From Chiloscyllium plagiosum (taxonomy: Eukaryota): a stretch of 64,000 bases of DNA. A program made the position numbers and the translations under genes. The DNA is taken from positions 2,178,434 through 2,242,433 of the forward strand of contig NC_057751.1 in the NCBI RefSeq assembly GCF_004010195.1, written 5' to 3'. A model generated the notes under the pieces. The model ran no database searches. It worked only from the letters and a program-made list of their open reading frames with translations, and had not been told where the DNA came from. Shown here piece by piece: positions 27,030 to 39,861 of the stretch. Each line of letters begins with the position of its first letter. The stretch's first letter is position 1.

Positions 27030-27930
27030 TCGATGAGGGGAGCAAAAGGCATGGTAACTAAATTTGCAGAGGATGCAAAGATTAAAATGTCATTTGAAGA
27101 GAAACAAGGAGAACATAGACAATTCACAAAGGTAATTGAATGGGCAAAAGTCTGTCAGAGGGAGTATAAAGTGGGAAAACATGCAGTTGTTCACTTTGGA
27201 AGGAAGAATAAAAAAGCAGAATATTACTGAAAGGACAATGACTGCAGAATTCTGAGGTGCACAGCGATCTAGGCGTACTTGTAAATGACTCATAGAAGGT
27301 TTGGTCGCTGGTACCAGCTGCATTTGCCTCCTTAATTGCAAAATATAATGGAATTCTAATCTTTTTTACAAGAGGAAGTGAAAATACAAGTAAACATATT
27401 GTGCTTCGGTTGTACATACCAGTACTGAGACAACATCTTGAAAACTGCGCAGTTTTGGTCTCTTTATTTAAGGGAGTATATAAATGTATTTGACACAGTC
27501 AGAGGAGGTTTATTAGAATGGCACTAGGAATGAGTGTGTTGTTTCATGAGGCAAGTTTGGAGAGGCGGAACTATTGCCACCGGAAGTCAGAATTGAAGTT
27601 AATAGGATCTATGGAGCAAAGTGGGTAAGTCAAGAGCAATGGGCCACTGTTAAAAAATTAGGCATTGTCTTTGTGTACAAAGAGAACATATTTTTTTCTC
27701 TGTGTGCTGTGCAGCTTTGAAATTCTTGTCTGAGAACGCAGTGAACTTGAGGTGAGTGAATATTTTAGGGCATAGACAGATAGATTCTTGTTTGGCAAGG
27801 GATTCAAAGGTGAGTGAGATAGATGGGAATGTGGAAACTGAAACACAGCTGATCAACTATGATCTAATCAATTGATAGAGCAAGCTTCAGGGGTCAGAGC
27901 CCAATGCTGCTCCTAATTCCTACATTGTTA
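27030..27930 (+). mobile_element. Highly degraded CR1 LINE 3' fragment
   Basis: MVTKFAEDAKI...VVHFGRKN (RT C-terminus) and 3' UTR. Confidence 0.75.
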
Positions 27931-28077
27931 TTCACCATGAGCACCTTGATACTTTGCTCAGTCCTCTCAGTGCCTACTCAGTTTCCTCAGCGATTGAAGT
28001 GGTGAGTTATCAATATCAACTCATACCAACCTTCTAATTAATAGATTAGCAAACGTTTTCTTTGCTTAATCCTGCAG

Positions 28078-28187
28078 GTCTCGACTCGCAGATTTCCTGA
28101 CGAATTGTCAACCCTCTGCGCAATCACTGAGTGGCTGTTTTCGTGAGAACTACGCAGCTTGCTTACTCTCCTATTCGGGACTCATTG
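28078..28187 (+). CDS. GFRA1-like: GDNF family receptor alpha, internal coding exon (110 nt, cysteine-rich domain 3 start)
   Basis: Acceptor tttgcttaatcctgcAG and donor GTGAGT. Translates (R)[36 protein letters not shown](G), matching the GFRalpha SRLADF..NC..C..NY..CL..Y.GLIG pattern. Not in the ORF track. Confidence 0.96.
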
Positions 28188-28522
28188 GTGAGTTGGGACT
28201 CTGACTAATCGACTGGAGGTTGTTTCTTTTTCCTTTGAAGTTCGAGTGTGTAAAAGATTTGCATTAATTTTCCTTGTGATGTGATCCTTTCTTCATCTAT
28301 TTGTGCATAGCAGAGTCATAGAGTCCTGCAGCATAGAGGCAGGCCCTTTGGCCCAAACTGGTCCATGCCAACCAAAATGTCCATTCATGCTAACCCCATT
28401 TCCCTGTACTTGGCCCATATCCTTCTCATCCTCTCCTATCCATGTATTTGTCCAAATGCATTTCAAATGTTGTTAATGCACCCGCCTCAACCACTTACGC
28501 CAGCATTCATTCCATATGCATA

Positions 28523-29022
28523 NNNNNNNNNNNNNNNNNNNNNNNNNNNNNNNNNNNNNNNNNNNNNNNNNNNNNNNNNNNNNNNNNNNNNNNNNNNNNN
28601 NNNNNNNNNNNNNNNNNNNNNNNNNNNNNNNNNNNNNNNNNNNNNNNNNNNNNNNNNNNNNNNNNNNNNNNNNNNNNNNNNNNNNNNNNNNNNNNNNNNN
28701 NNNNNNNNNNNNNNNNNNNNNNNNNNNNNNNNNNNNNNNNNNNNNNNNNNNNNNNNNNNNNNNNNNNNNNNNNNNNNNNNNNNNNNNNNNNNNNNNNNNN
28801 NNNNNNNNNNNNNNNNNNNNNNNNNNNNNNNNNNNNNNNNNNNNNNNNNNNNNNNNNNNNNNNNNNNNNNNNNNNNNNNNNNNNNNNNNNNNNNNNNNNN
28901 NNNNNNNNNNNNNNNNNNNNNNNNNNNNNNNNNNNNNNNNNNNNNNNNNNNNNNNNNNNNNNNNNNNNNNNNNNNNNNNNNNNNNNNNNNNNNNNNNNNN
29001 NNNNNNNNNNNNNNNNNNNNNN
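28523..29022. other. Assembly gap (500 N)
   Basis: Run of N. Confidence 1.
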
Positions 29023-29860
29023 AAGATCCCAATGATCTCAAAACCTGAAGACCTTCCTCCCTGCACCAATTCTTTAGTCATGCAGTCATCTGCCACATCC
29101 TCCTCTTCTTACCCTCACTAGCACGTGACACTGGAAACAATCCAGAGATGATCACCCATGAGGTCCTGGTTTTGAATTTTTTTCAGATCTCTATAATCCT
29201 ACTATGCCCCAGAGCCAGTCATAGTGCCACCAACCTGGCTACTGCTGCTTTCTCCTGAATGGTATAATTGTTTTTGAGGGGAATGGCCACACCAGATCCC
29301 TGCACACTCTGTCTACTCCCTTTACCTTTCCTGGTGGTCACTCAGCTACTCTGATCAAGAATCACAACAATTTGAAAACAGTTCCTTCGGCCCAAAAAAA
29401 TCTACACCGACCTTCCGAAGAGACACCCACTTACACCCATTCCCCCTACTCTATATTTACCCCTGACTAATGTACCTAATCTACACGTCCCTGAACTATA
29501 TGGGCAATTTAGCACAGCCAATTCATCTAACCTACACATCTTTGGACTGTGGGAGGAAACCCACGCAGTCACAGGGAGAATGAACAAACTCCACACAGAT
29601 CGTCACCCGAGGCTGGCATCGAACCTGGGACTCTGGTGCTGTGAGGCGGCAGTGCTAACCACTAAGGCACCATGCCACCCCCTGAAGCGCTCAGCATCTT
29701 GGATGATCCTGAATGCATCCAGCTCCAGCTCCCTAAGACGGTCTTCCAGGTCAGAGACCTGCAGCTGCAGGTCATCAGGGATGATGGAAGTCTCCATAAG
29801 CTCCCACATCCTGCGGAGGAATATGCAACTGCCCTTACTGCCATCTCAACTACTGTAAAA
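29023..29860 (-). mobile_element. CR1 ORF1-region fragment interrupted by a V-SINE (~29385-29680, minus strand)
   Basis: Minus peptide MWELMET..LQLQVSDLEDRLRELELDAFRII (CR1 ORF1 coiled coil); reverse-complement SINE head GGTGCCTTAGTGGTTAGCACTGCCGCCTCACAGC. Confidence 0.75.
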
Positions 29861-31429
29861 CTAAATGGGAAAGTTAAAAAAGACTTTAACTGAGCTTACC
29901 TGTATTTTTTACTGTGTCACTGCTCTTCAAAGCCTCTCGAGCCTTCCTTCTTACACTGATATCAACAGATTTTGCAATAGGACTTCTCTCTACGCCTCCA
30001 CTATTTTTTTGGCTAGAAGAGAGGGAAGGAGGGAAACACTACAATAAGACTTCAAAATACAATCACTACGCTTACTCCTCATCGATATAAGTTTATTTTG
30101 AACAACATGGCTGCCATTTCTACTTGTTCTGGATTCCTGTCTAATGTAGAAAAGGTCAGAAGCTGGAAATTCTGTGGCAAGAAACTCAATGCCCGACTCC
30201 ACAAAGTGAGTCATAGGTGTGATAGGACACTGTTCATTTGCCTGAATGCAGCTGTAACAACATGCAAGAAACGCCACATAATCTGTGTAAAAGCAGCCTA
30301 CTTGATCTGCAATCCATCCATCATCTTCAACAGTCAATCTTTCCACCACAGAGTGACTACAGAGTGAGCCAACAAGATGCAGTTCAGGAAATGAGCAGGA
30401 TTCCTTTAGCAGTGCCTTCCAAACACGTAATATGATCATTCAGAAGGATGAGGGCAGAGATCACTGGAAATAAAACCATCTGCAAGCTCCTTCTGAACCT
30501 GAGTACTAACTTCAAGTGGAACTATATTGTGGTTGTAACCTGCTGCTCGGTCAAAATCTGGAATGTGCTTCCTCACAACGCTCAGTGTATCTACACTCCA
30601 GGGAGTCAGTATTCAAGAAGGTGGCTCAACATCTGCTTTCTTCTGGAGACAATTAATGCTGGTCTCGGCAGAGACATAAATATTCTGTGAAAGAATAGTT
30701 AAAAACAAGACAAGGTTGACTTTCATTGTGACAAATTTATAGTAACATACTGGAGAAAAACATTTCCTGTAATGTTTCCAATTTTTAAAGGAAAGTTGCA
30801 TTTTGTTCTTTTCCACCTGCTATTTTAATGTGGAAGGGTGAACCCACTGAAATAGATCCATGCATTCTAAGCTGCTCCATGATACATCTGCAAATAACAC
30901 TGAGGCTGCTTCCCCTCATGCACACCAACTGCAATAATAAAAACACAGGAACAGAGAAAGCAGTAGCAGGAGTACGCTTGTTTCACTATTCAATATTGTC
31001 ACAGATGATTCTTGATAAATGTAAGAACATGACTGCTCCCCCCTTAGAACTGAAGGTTAACAGTGTGTGTATTCAGTGCTACACTGCAGCTTACATGATG
31101 CAGTGCAGCACTGCATAGGGATATGAACAGGAAACGTTGAGTCCTTGGGTGAAAGAGATTAAGCAGCCTCTGAGGGAGGGGTCAATGACTTCAAATTCTA
31201 CTTCAGAGCCTATTTTTCTGGCTGGCACTCCCAAAGCAGTAGTGAAGGGAGTGCCATACTGTTGGAGATGCTGACTTTGCTTGAGTTGTTGTATTCATGC
31301 CACTTATGCTGTCTTGCGCGGACATAAAAGATTCCAGAAGAACAAGGAAGTTATTATTGGTAGTGTGACCAATACTTATCCACCAGTTAACAGTATAAAA
31401 CAGTAGACCTGGTCATGATCTCATGATCC

Positions 31430-33107
31430 TAGGATCCTCGGAGGAGGCATGGGTGGCCGTGGCTGACGAGGGAAGTTAAGAAACATATAAAGTTAAAAGA
31501 GAAAAAGTATAACATAGCAAAGATAAGTGGGAAAACGGAGGACTGGGAAGTTTTTAAAGAACAACAGAGGATTACTAAGAAGGAAATACGCAGAGAAAAA
31601 ATGAGGTACGAAGGTAAACTGGCCAAAAATATAAAGGAGGATAGTAAAAGTTTTTTTAGGTATGTGAAAGGCAAAAAAATGGTTAACACTAAAATTGGGC
31701 CCTTGAAGTCAGAAACAGGGGAATATATTACGGGAATCAAAGAAATGGCAGAAGAATTGAATTGGTACTTCAGATCTGTGTTCACTGGGGAAGACACAAG
31801 CAATCTCCCTGAGGTAACAGTGGCTGAAGGACCTGAACTTAAGGGAATTTATATTTGCCAGGAATTGGTGTTGGAGAGACTGTTAGGTCTGAAGGTTGAT
31901 AAGCCCCCGGGNNNNNNNNNNNNNNNNNNNNNNNNNNNNNNNNNNNNNNNNNNNNNNNNNNNNNNNNNNNNNNNNNNNNNNNNNNNNNNNNNNNNNNNNN
32001 NNNNNNNNNNNNNNNNNNNNNNNNNNNNNNNNNNNNNNNNNNNNNNNNNNNNNNNNNNNNNNNNNNNNNNNNNNNNNNNNNNNNNNNNNNNNNNNNNNNN
32101 NNNNNNNNNNNNNNNNNNNNNNNNNNNNNNNNNNNNNNNNNNNNNNNNNNNNNNNNNNNNNNNNNNNNNNNNNNNNNNNNNNNNNNNNNNNNNNNNNNNN
32201 NNNNNNNNNNNNNNNNNNNNNNNNNNNNNNNNNNNNNNNNNNNNNNNNNNNNNNNNNNNNNNNNNNNNNNNNNNNNNNNNNNNNNNNNNNNNNNNNNNNN
32301 NNNNNNNNNNNNNNNNNNNNNNNNNNNNNNNNNNNNNNNNNNNNNNNNNNNNNNNNNNNNNNNNNNNNNNNNNNNNNNNNNNNNNNNNNNNNNNNNNNNN
32401 NNNNNNNNNNNNNNNNNNNNNNNNNNNNNNNNNNNNNNNNNNNNNNNNNNNNNNNNNNNNNNNNNNNNNNNNNNNNNNNNNNNNNNNNNNNNNNNNNNNN
32501 NNNNNNNNNNNNNNNNNNNNNNNNNNNNNNNNNNNNNNNNNNNNNNNNNNNNNNNNNNNNNNNNNNNNNNNNNNNNNNNNNNNNNNNNNNNNNNNNNNNN
32601 NNNNNNNNNNNNNNNNNNNNNNNNNNNNNNNNNNNNNNNNNNNNNNNNNNNNNNNNNNNNNNNNNNNNNNNNNNNNNNNNNNNNNNNNNNNNNNNNNNNN
32701 NNNNNNNNNNNNNNNNNNNNNNNNNNNNNNNNNNNNNNNTATAAGATTATTAAAGGATTGGACACTCTGGAGGCAGGAAACATGTTTGCACTGATGGGTG
32801 AGTGCAGAGGACACAACTTAAAAATACAGGGTAGACTATTTAGGACAGAGATGAGGAGAAACTTCTTCACCCAGAGAGTGGTGGCTGTGTGGAATGCTCT
32901 GCCCCAGAGGGCAGTGGAGGCCCAGTCTCTGGATTCATTTAAGAAAGAGTTGGATAGAGCTCTCAAGGATAGTAGAATCAAGGGCTATGGAGATAAGGCA
33001 GGAACAGGATACTGATTAAGGAAGATCAGTCATGATCACATTGAATGGTGGTGCAGGCTCGAAGGGCAGAATGGCCTACTGCTGCACCTATTGTCTATTG
33101 TCTATTG
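31430..33107 (+). mobile_element. Relatively young 5'-truncated CR1 LINE spanning an assembly gap
   Basis: Open frame YEGKLAKNIKEDSKSFFRYVKGKK...LKVDKPP; 3' part RRNFFTQRVV..WNALP; (CTATTGT)n tail. Interrupts a DeuSINE-like relic. Confidence 0.92.
31912..32739. other. Assembly gap (828 N)
   Basis: Run of N. Confidence 1.
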
Positions 33108-33561
33108 CTGTTAAGGAGAGTTTGCTGAGTGAAAATTGGCTGCCACATTTCCTCTGTTTCAATGTCTACATTTGAACAAAATAATTAAAAAATAATGCTC
33201 TTGGGCATCCAGAGAATATAAAGGGTGATATACAAATGCAAGTTCACTCTTCATATGTGTATCATCCATCAGATAGTTCAAGGACTAATCTGAGACTTCG
33301 TTAGAGATGATGATGAATGAAGAATATCGGAGACAGGAAGGAAAACAGATTAGTGGGCAAGAATGTCAACACGACAAACAAGTTACTTGCATTTACATAA
33401 CCATTCATATGACTACCAACATCTCAATTTGACTTTCAGCCAATGTAGCACTTTTGCAATGTAGTCACTGTTGTATGCAATATAGAAAGCACAACCATAA
33501 ACTATGTGCAAGTGACTCTCACTCACAATGTAATAATAATCAGATAATCTGTTCTGATGAT

Positions 33562-35030
33562 ACAAAGAACAAAGAAAATTTACAGCCCAGGAGCAGGCTC
33601 TTCGGCCCTTCAAGCCTGAGCCGATCCAAATCTACTGTCTAACCCTGTCGCCCAATTCCTAAGCATCTCTATCCCTCTGCTCCCCACCTACTCATGCATC
33701 TGTCCAGACGCATCTTAAATGAATCTACCATGCCTGCCTCTACCATCTCTGCTGGCAACGCGTTCCAGACACCTACCACCCTCTGTGTGAAGTACTTGCT
33801 GTATGTATCCCCTTAAACTTTCCATCTCCCACCTTGAAACCGTGACCTCACGTTATTGAATCCTGGGAAAAAGCTTGTCTCTATCCACCCTGTCTATACA
33901 TGATTTTGTAAACCTCAATCTGGTCCCCCCCCCCAATCTCCTTTTTTCGAATGAAAACAAACCTAACCTGCTCAACCTCTCTTCATAGCAAGCACCTTCC
34001 ATACCAGGCAACATCCTCGTAAACCTTCTCTGCACCCTCTCCAAAGCGTCCACATCCTTTTGGTAATGTGGCGACCAGAGCTGTACACAGTATTCTAAAT
34101 GCGGCCAAACCAATGTGTTGTATAATTTTAACATGACTTTCCAGCTCTAACACTCAATACCCCGTCCAATGAAGGCAAGCATACTGTATGCCTTCTTGAC
34201 CACTCTATCCACCTGTGCAGCAACCTTCAGGATACAATGGACCTGCACTCCCAGATCTCTCTGCCCATCAACTTTTCCCAAGGCTCTTCCATTCATTGTA
34301 TAATTCGTTCTAGAATTAGACTTGCCTAAATGCATCACCTCACATTTGTCTGGATTGAAAGCCATCTGCCACTTTACCGCCCAACTCTCCAGTCTATCGA
34401 TAACCTCATGTATTCTCTGACAGTCCCTTGTGCTTTCTGCTACTCACCAATCTTTGTGTCATCTGAAAACTTGCTGATCATACCAACAGTGCCCTCTTCC
34501 AGATCATTAATGTATATCACAAACGACAGTGGCCCCCAACACTGACCTCTGTGGAACATCACTCCATTTCGAAAAACTCCCTTCAACTACTTCTCTCTGT
34601 CTCCTGTTGCTCAACCAGTTGTTTATCCACCTAGCTAGAAAACCCTGCACACCATATGATTTTACTTTCTCCATCAGTCTACCATGGGGAATCTTATCAA
34701 ACACCTTGCTAAAGTCCATGTATTTGACATCAACAACCCTTCCTTCATCTATAAACTTGATCACTTCCTCAAAGAACTCTATTAAGTTGGTAAGGCACAA
34801 TCTCCCCCGCACAAAACCATGTTGCTTATCACTGATAAGCTCATTCTTTTCTAAATATAAATAGATTCTATCCTTCAGTACCCTCTCCAGCAACTTTCCC
34901 ACCACCGACCTCAGGCTCACTGGTCTATGGTTACCTGGAATATCCTACTACCCTTTTTGCACGGGGGACAACATGAGCAACCTTCCAGTCCTCCAGCACC
35001 TAACCTGTATTTAATGATGCCACAAAGATA
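33562..35030 (-). mobile_element. CR1 LINE RT and 3' end, same subfamily as 5890-9170
   Basis: Minus ORFs KQHGFVRGR..YMDFSK, AFNPDKCEVMH, ERVQRRFTRMLPG. Nucleotide sequence closely matches the reverse complement of ~7700-9170. Confidence 0.95.
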
Positions 35031-35031
35031 T

Positions 35032-35162
35032 CCCGATGAAGGGCTTTTGCCCGAAACGTCGATTCTCCTGCTCCTTGGATGCTGCTTGACCTGCTGTGCT
35101 TTTCCAGCACCACTCTAATCTAGACTCTGGTTTCCAGCATCTGCAGCCCTTGTTTTTACCTT
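35032..35162 (+). mobile_element. Family A Penelope-derived element starting at a hammerhead-like core
   Basis: CCGATGA-A-GGGC-TTTT-GCCC-GAAACGTC-GATT followed by the family A body. Confidence 0.8.
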
Positions 35163-35543
35163 ATCAATTGCTTGGTTCAACTTCCTGTTTGAAAGACAGC
35201 ACCTCCAACATTGCTATTTCAGCATTGCACTAGAGCGTCAGCCTGAATTTGTGTACTAAAGCCATGGAATGGAACTTAAACCTGGAAGTGCTGCATATTC
35301 CACTTCAGCTCTGATGAAGACTAATCTCGACTTGAAATTTTAGATTGCTCTCTCTCTCCATGGATGCTGCCTGACCAGCTGTGATTTCTAGCATTTTTTG
35401 GTTTCAGTGAAAAACAATCTTGATTTGTTGTGAAGTACCTCAAGATGTTCAGAAGCTTCATGAAAATGCTAAGTTATCCTTTCAAAAGCATTCAGTGACA
35501 GGTTTCAATCAGCTGAGTTTAATCTGCATCTTTTCTTCAACAG

Positions 35544-35678
35544 GAAGTGACATGACCCCGAATTACATTGATGCAACTGACGTTGTGGTGGCCCCATGGT
35601 GCACATGCAGTGGTAGTGGAAACCAGAAGGAAGAATGCGACAAGTTTTTGAACTATTTCAAAGCAAACACCTGCCTCA
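35544..35678 (+). CDS. GFRA1-like: GDNF family receptor alpha, internal coding exon (135 nt, domain 3)
   Basis: Acceptor ttttcttcaacAG and donor GTAAGT. Translates (G)SDMTPNYIDATDVVVAPWCTCSGSGNQKEECDKFLNYFKANTCL(R). The phase-1 junction with the previous exon (G+GA) gives the conserved Gly of GLIG. Confidence 0.97.
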
Positions 35679-37099
35679 GTAAGTACAGTAATGCACAGAG
35701 CTTGAGTAACATGTTTCCTTTCCTGTACTTGTATTGAGATATATTTTCAGCTGCAAGCTCCATATGTCCCTCAGGCCCAAGGAATACTAAAGAACCTATT
35801 GGCAGTGCCTAAGGCATTTATCTCTTAACTGATAAATAGCAAAAAGAAAATGTTGTAAGCAGACAGTGATCTTTGATCATCGTTCAAAGTCTCGCGGTTT
35901 GGACAACATAGAGCTGAAACTTTGATTATTTGCTGTGACAAACCTATTGTCACCTGATGGATCTCATGGCATCTTTGAAGAAGAGCAAGTGAGTTCTCCA
36001 TGGTGTCCTGACCAATATCTGTTTCTCAATCAACATCACAGAAAATCAGATTCCCCTCTCAAGCTCACATTGCTTTTCACAGGATCTTTATAACTTGGCT
36101 GCTAGGTTTCCTTACAATACAACAGAGAATACACTTCAAAAGCATTTCATGGGTTAAATTAAAATTAATTTCAAAAGAAATGTCATATAAGTGCAGGCTC
36201 TTTCTTTTTTATGTACATGAGTAAATTGTTACAGGTTTCAAACTCGAATGGGAAAGAGTGGCCAGGACTTTGCTGTCTGTTTCAGGATACAACTTGTGCT
36301 TGTATTCTGTTAATGGCAACAGCAAAGGAGCAAATGGAGGCTGGCAGCCAAGCTCTTCATGTTTTCACGAATCCCTAATGTTTTTCATTCCTTTATTTCC
36401 TGAGATGCGGATGTCAATAGCAAAGCCAGACTTCAGTGCAGGTCTTGAAATTCCTATGAACTGAATGGCTTGCAAGGACAGTTAGGAGTTACATAATAGC
36501 TGTGGGTCTGAAAACACACACCAGCCAAACTATGCAAAGACAGCAGATTTCCTTGTCTGAAAAACATGAATGAAATAAATGGATTCTAACAATCACTGCT
36601 GATTTCTTCACGGTTGCCATCACTGAGATTAGATTTTAATTCCAGATTTTATACTAATTTTAAAATTTCAACGGCTGCCAGTGAAAATTGAATTCATGTC
36701 CCCATGGGTATCTCCCTAGGGACATTAGCATTATACCACTGTCTCCCAAAAGCTTCCCATCAACTTTACAGACCCTGAAACAGGCCTTTTAGCCCATCTG
36801 GTCCAAGCCAGTACTTCAGTTCCATGTGAGCCACCTGTTAGCCTTCTTCTCCCAAACCTATCAACATGAGGACTGTGGGTTAACCCTCAGTGTATGGTCT
36901 ATAGTGGGTCAAAAAGAGAGCTTACTATCACCTTCTCAAGGGTAAGTAGAGGCTGGCAATAATTACTGGCCTAGCCAGCAATGTCCACACCCTGTGAGTG
37001 AATAAAAACAAAAAAAACACATCCTTCTCTTTAACTTTTCATCTACTGTGGAGATTTACTTGAAATAGATCAATAATATTTACCATAACTACAATTTAT

Positions 37100-37417
37100 G
37101 GGCGGCACAATGGCACAGTGGTTAGCACTGCTGCCTCACAGCGCCAGAGACCCGGGTTCAATTCCCGACTCAGGCGACTGACTGTGTGGAGTTTGCACAT
37201 TCTCCCCCTGTCTCTGTGGGTTTCCTCCGGGTGCTCCAGTTTCCTCACACAGTCCAAAGATGTGCAAGTCAGGTGAATTGGCCATGCTAAATTGCCCGTA
37301 GTGTTAGGTAGGGGGATAAATGTAGGGGAATGGTGGGTTGCGCTTCGGCAGGTCGGTGTGGACTTGTTGGGCCGAAGGGCCTGTTTCCACACTGTAAGTA
37401 ATCTAATCTAATCTAAA
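37100..37417 (+). mobile_element. Full-length HE1-type V-SINE
   Basis: tRNA head with A/B boxes, V-domain and (ATCTA)n tail. Confidence 0.93.
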
Positions 37418-37529
37418 ACTTGTGGTGAGTTCTACCTTCCAAACAGTGATATACCAGGCAAAAATTCCCTCTGCACAGGAAAAATCATTCCCTCAGTAAA
37501 TACATTAAGTTGTGTCATGTAAAACCAAG

Positions 37530-37873
37530 GAGATAGTGAGGACTGCAGATGCTGCAATGTCACAGTTGATAAAGTATGGAGCTGGAAAAGCACAGTAGAT
37601 CAGGCAGCTTCTGAGGAGCAGGAGAGTCAACTTTTCAGGCAGGAACCTTCTTTATTGACTAATGTAAAACCAAGGCTGAAAATGTGTTGCTGGAAAAGCG
37701 CAGCAGGTCAGGCAGCATCCAAGGAGCAGGAGAATCGACGTTTCGGGCATGAGCCCTTCTCATGCCCAAAACGTCGATTCTCCTGCTCCTTGGATGCTGC
37801 CTGACCTGCTGCGCTTTTCCAGCAACACATTTTCAGCTCTGATCTCCAGCATCTGCAGTCCTCACTTTCTCCC
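37530..37873. mobile_element. Two adjacent family A Penelope-derived insertions (older 37530-37658; younger fold-back 37675-37873)
   Basis: ATGTAAAACCAAG occurs three times (37517, 37662, 37877). The younger copy is near-identical to 3684-3893, with a 16-bp TSD CTAATGTAAAACCAAG. Confidence 0.85.
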
Positions 37874-38369
37874 CTAATGTAAAACCAAGCCCACTTTACT
37901 AAATGCACAATAACAAAGGCCCAAAACGATTCTGCTCTATTTGTGGAAGAGTCCTATTTGCTGTGCAAGTTTTCCTACCACTTTACTCAACACAAATACT
38001 GGTGGGCTGGTCCAGGAGAACATCTGAGCAACATTAAGCTCTACTAGGTCCTTTAAAATTGAAAGTGGAATATTTTTCTCAGTGTCTTTGTCAAAACGCA
38101 ACAGCCTTAAAACGTAATGGCCTCAATATTGCTTGTATAACTGGGTAATCAAGACAATGCTTGAACTGTGGCCAAATGACTGTTTGGGTATTTATCATTG
38201 ATTCTTTGCTCTTTGGAGTACACCAGACTACATAACCAAGTGTGAACAGAAGTCCTTCACAAAGTATTTTCATCTGCAATACTTGGAGCCTTTGACTCAT
38301 TGAAAGGTTTGCTGGCTGAAATCCTAACACAGTGCACATTTGCTCCTCATCCAACAACATCTGACTTTT

Positions 38370-38695
38370 TGATTAGATTCCCTACAGTGTGGAAACAGGC
38401 CCTTCAGCCCAACAAGTCCACACCGACCCACCAAAGAGTAACCTACCCAGACCCATTCCCCTACCCTGTATTTACCTTTGACTAATGCAACTAACACTAT
38501 GGGCAAGTTAGCATGACTAACTCACCTGACCTGCACATCTTTGGACTATGGAAGGAAACTGGAGCACCCGGAAGAAACCCAGAGAGACACTGGGAGAATG
38601 TGCAAACTCCATACAGTCGCCCATGGCAGGAATCAAACCCAGGTCCCTGGTGCTGTGAGGCAGCAGGGCTAACTACTGGGCCACCATGCCGTCCT
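38370..38695 (-). mobile_element. HE1-type V-SINE
   Basis: Reverse complement of the SINE consensus seen at 37100-37417. Confidence 0.88.
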
Positions 38696-39395
38696 ATAAA
38701 ATAATTATTCTTGTTTCAAAATCTGTTCGGGGCCTCGCTGTATGTAATATTCTCCAGCTCTATAACTGAAATCATAGAATCATACAGGTGGACAGCACAG
38801 AAACAGACCATTCAGTCCAATTGGTCCATGCTGACCAGATATCCAAAATTAATCGAGTTGCAGTTGCCAGCATTTGGCCTCTCGCTTTCTAAACCCTTCC
38901 TATTTATATACCCATCCAGATCCCTTTTAAATATTGTAATTGTATCAGTCTCCACCACTTCCTTTTGCAATGCATTCCATTCTCTGAGAACAGAGCCTTA
39001 ATTTCCTTTGCTCCATGATTGGTAGCTGTGCTTCAGCTGTCAGGACCCCAAGTTCTAGAACTTACTCCATCTTACTCTAATCAATACATTCCTTCATTAT
39101 GACACTCATTTAGACTTCTCTGTTTAGCCAGACTTGTCATGACCGGTTGCATAATCTCCGTTTTGCCCAGTATTGCACTCTAACAAGTTACACTCCTATA
39201 AGGTACCTCACAACACATTACTACATGAAGAATGCCATACAAAATCAAGATTTAGATTCATGAATCACAAAAACGCCTTCCATCAGATAATGGACCACTG
39301 CAGTTTAGTGCAACTTTATCAGATTCATATTCATGAAATAAGTTGACTAGACTAGTGAATGATTTTTTTTTTAAAAAAATGCCTTTTTTCTGCAG

Positions 39396-39580
39396 GAAAT
39401 GCAATGCAAGCTTTTGGCAATGGGACAGATGTGAATATGTGGAAACCCAGCTTCCCCACTCGAGCCACATCACTGCTGAAGACAGAGAATACGATCGAGA
39501 GTGCTCAGCCTTCTGATCACATCAAGGAGATTACCACGGCCGATGATGCTAACATTCTCACCATGTGTTCTGACTTGCAG
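39396..39580 (+). CDS. GFRA1-like: GDNF family receptor alpha, internal coding exon (185 nt, end of domain 3 plus Ser/Thr-rich stalk)
   Basis: Acceptor ccttttttctgcAG and donor GTACAG. Translates (R)NAMQAFGNGTDVNMWKPSFPTRATSLLKTENTIESAQPSDHIKEITTADDANILTMCSDLQ. NA(I/M)QAFGNG is a GFRA1/2/4 hallmark; phase is compatible with the previous exon. Confidence 0.95.
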
Positions 39581-39861
39581 GTACAGCATCATCTGACAAA
39601 TATGTAAAGAAGCACAGCGAGAACCCCTGTACTAGCACTGAGAGTAAAGGAAGGATCATTAAATGTGCCAAAGAGGCAACGTCCATGCAGGTTTGAGACA
39701 GGAGACAGCAAAGGGGCTTTTGCAATTAGCTCCAATGCACTCTAGTTTACATTAAGGTTTCCTGCTGCTCAACTGTTTAGCTCTGCAAAGTTCAACTGAT
39801 TGGACAGAAAGAATGGCTTTATTCCTTCTTGCAAGGTGGCTATTACTGTCAAGGATATTTA

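Noticed and set aside
1..28077. Upstream GFRA domain-2 exon
   Set aside because: No Cys-rich segment with the RRR motif was found in the ORF track or by eye; it presumably lies before the window. A very short exon could have been missed.
28365..29121. Long ORFs in several frames
   Set aside because: Artefacts of the 500-N gap.
31601..32981. ORFs of 282-397 aa
   Set aside because: Mostly N gap; the real residues are CR1 ORF2.
35420..35737. 105-aa ORF as a standalone gene
   Set aside because: Only 35544-35678 is exon; the rest is in-frame intron.
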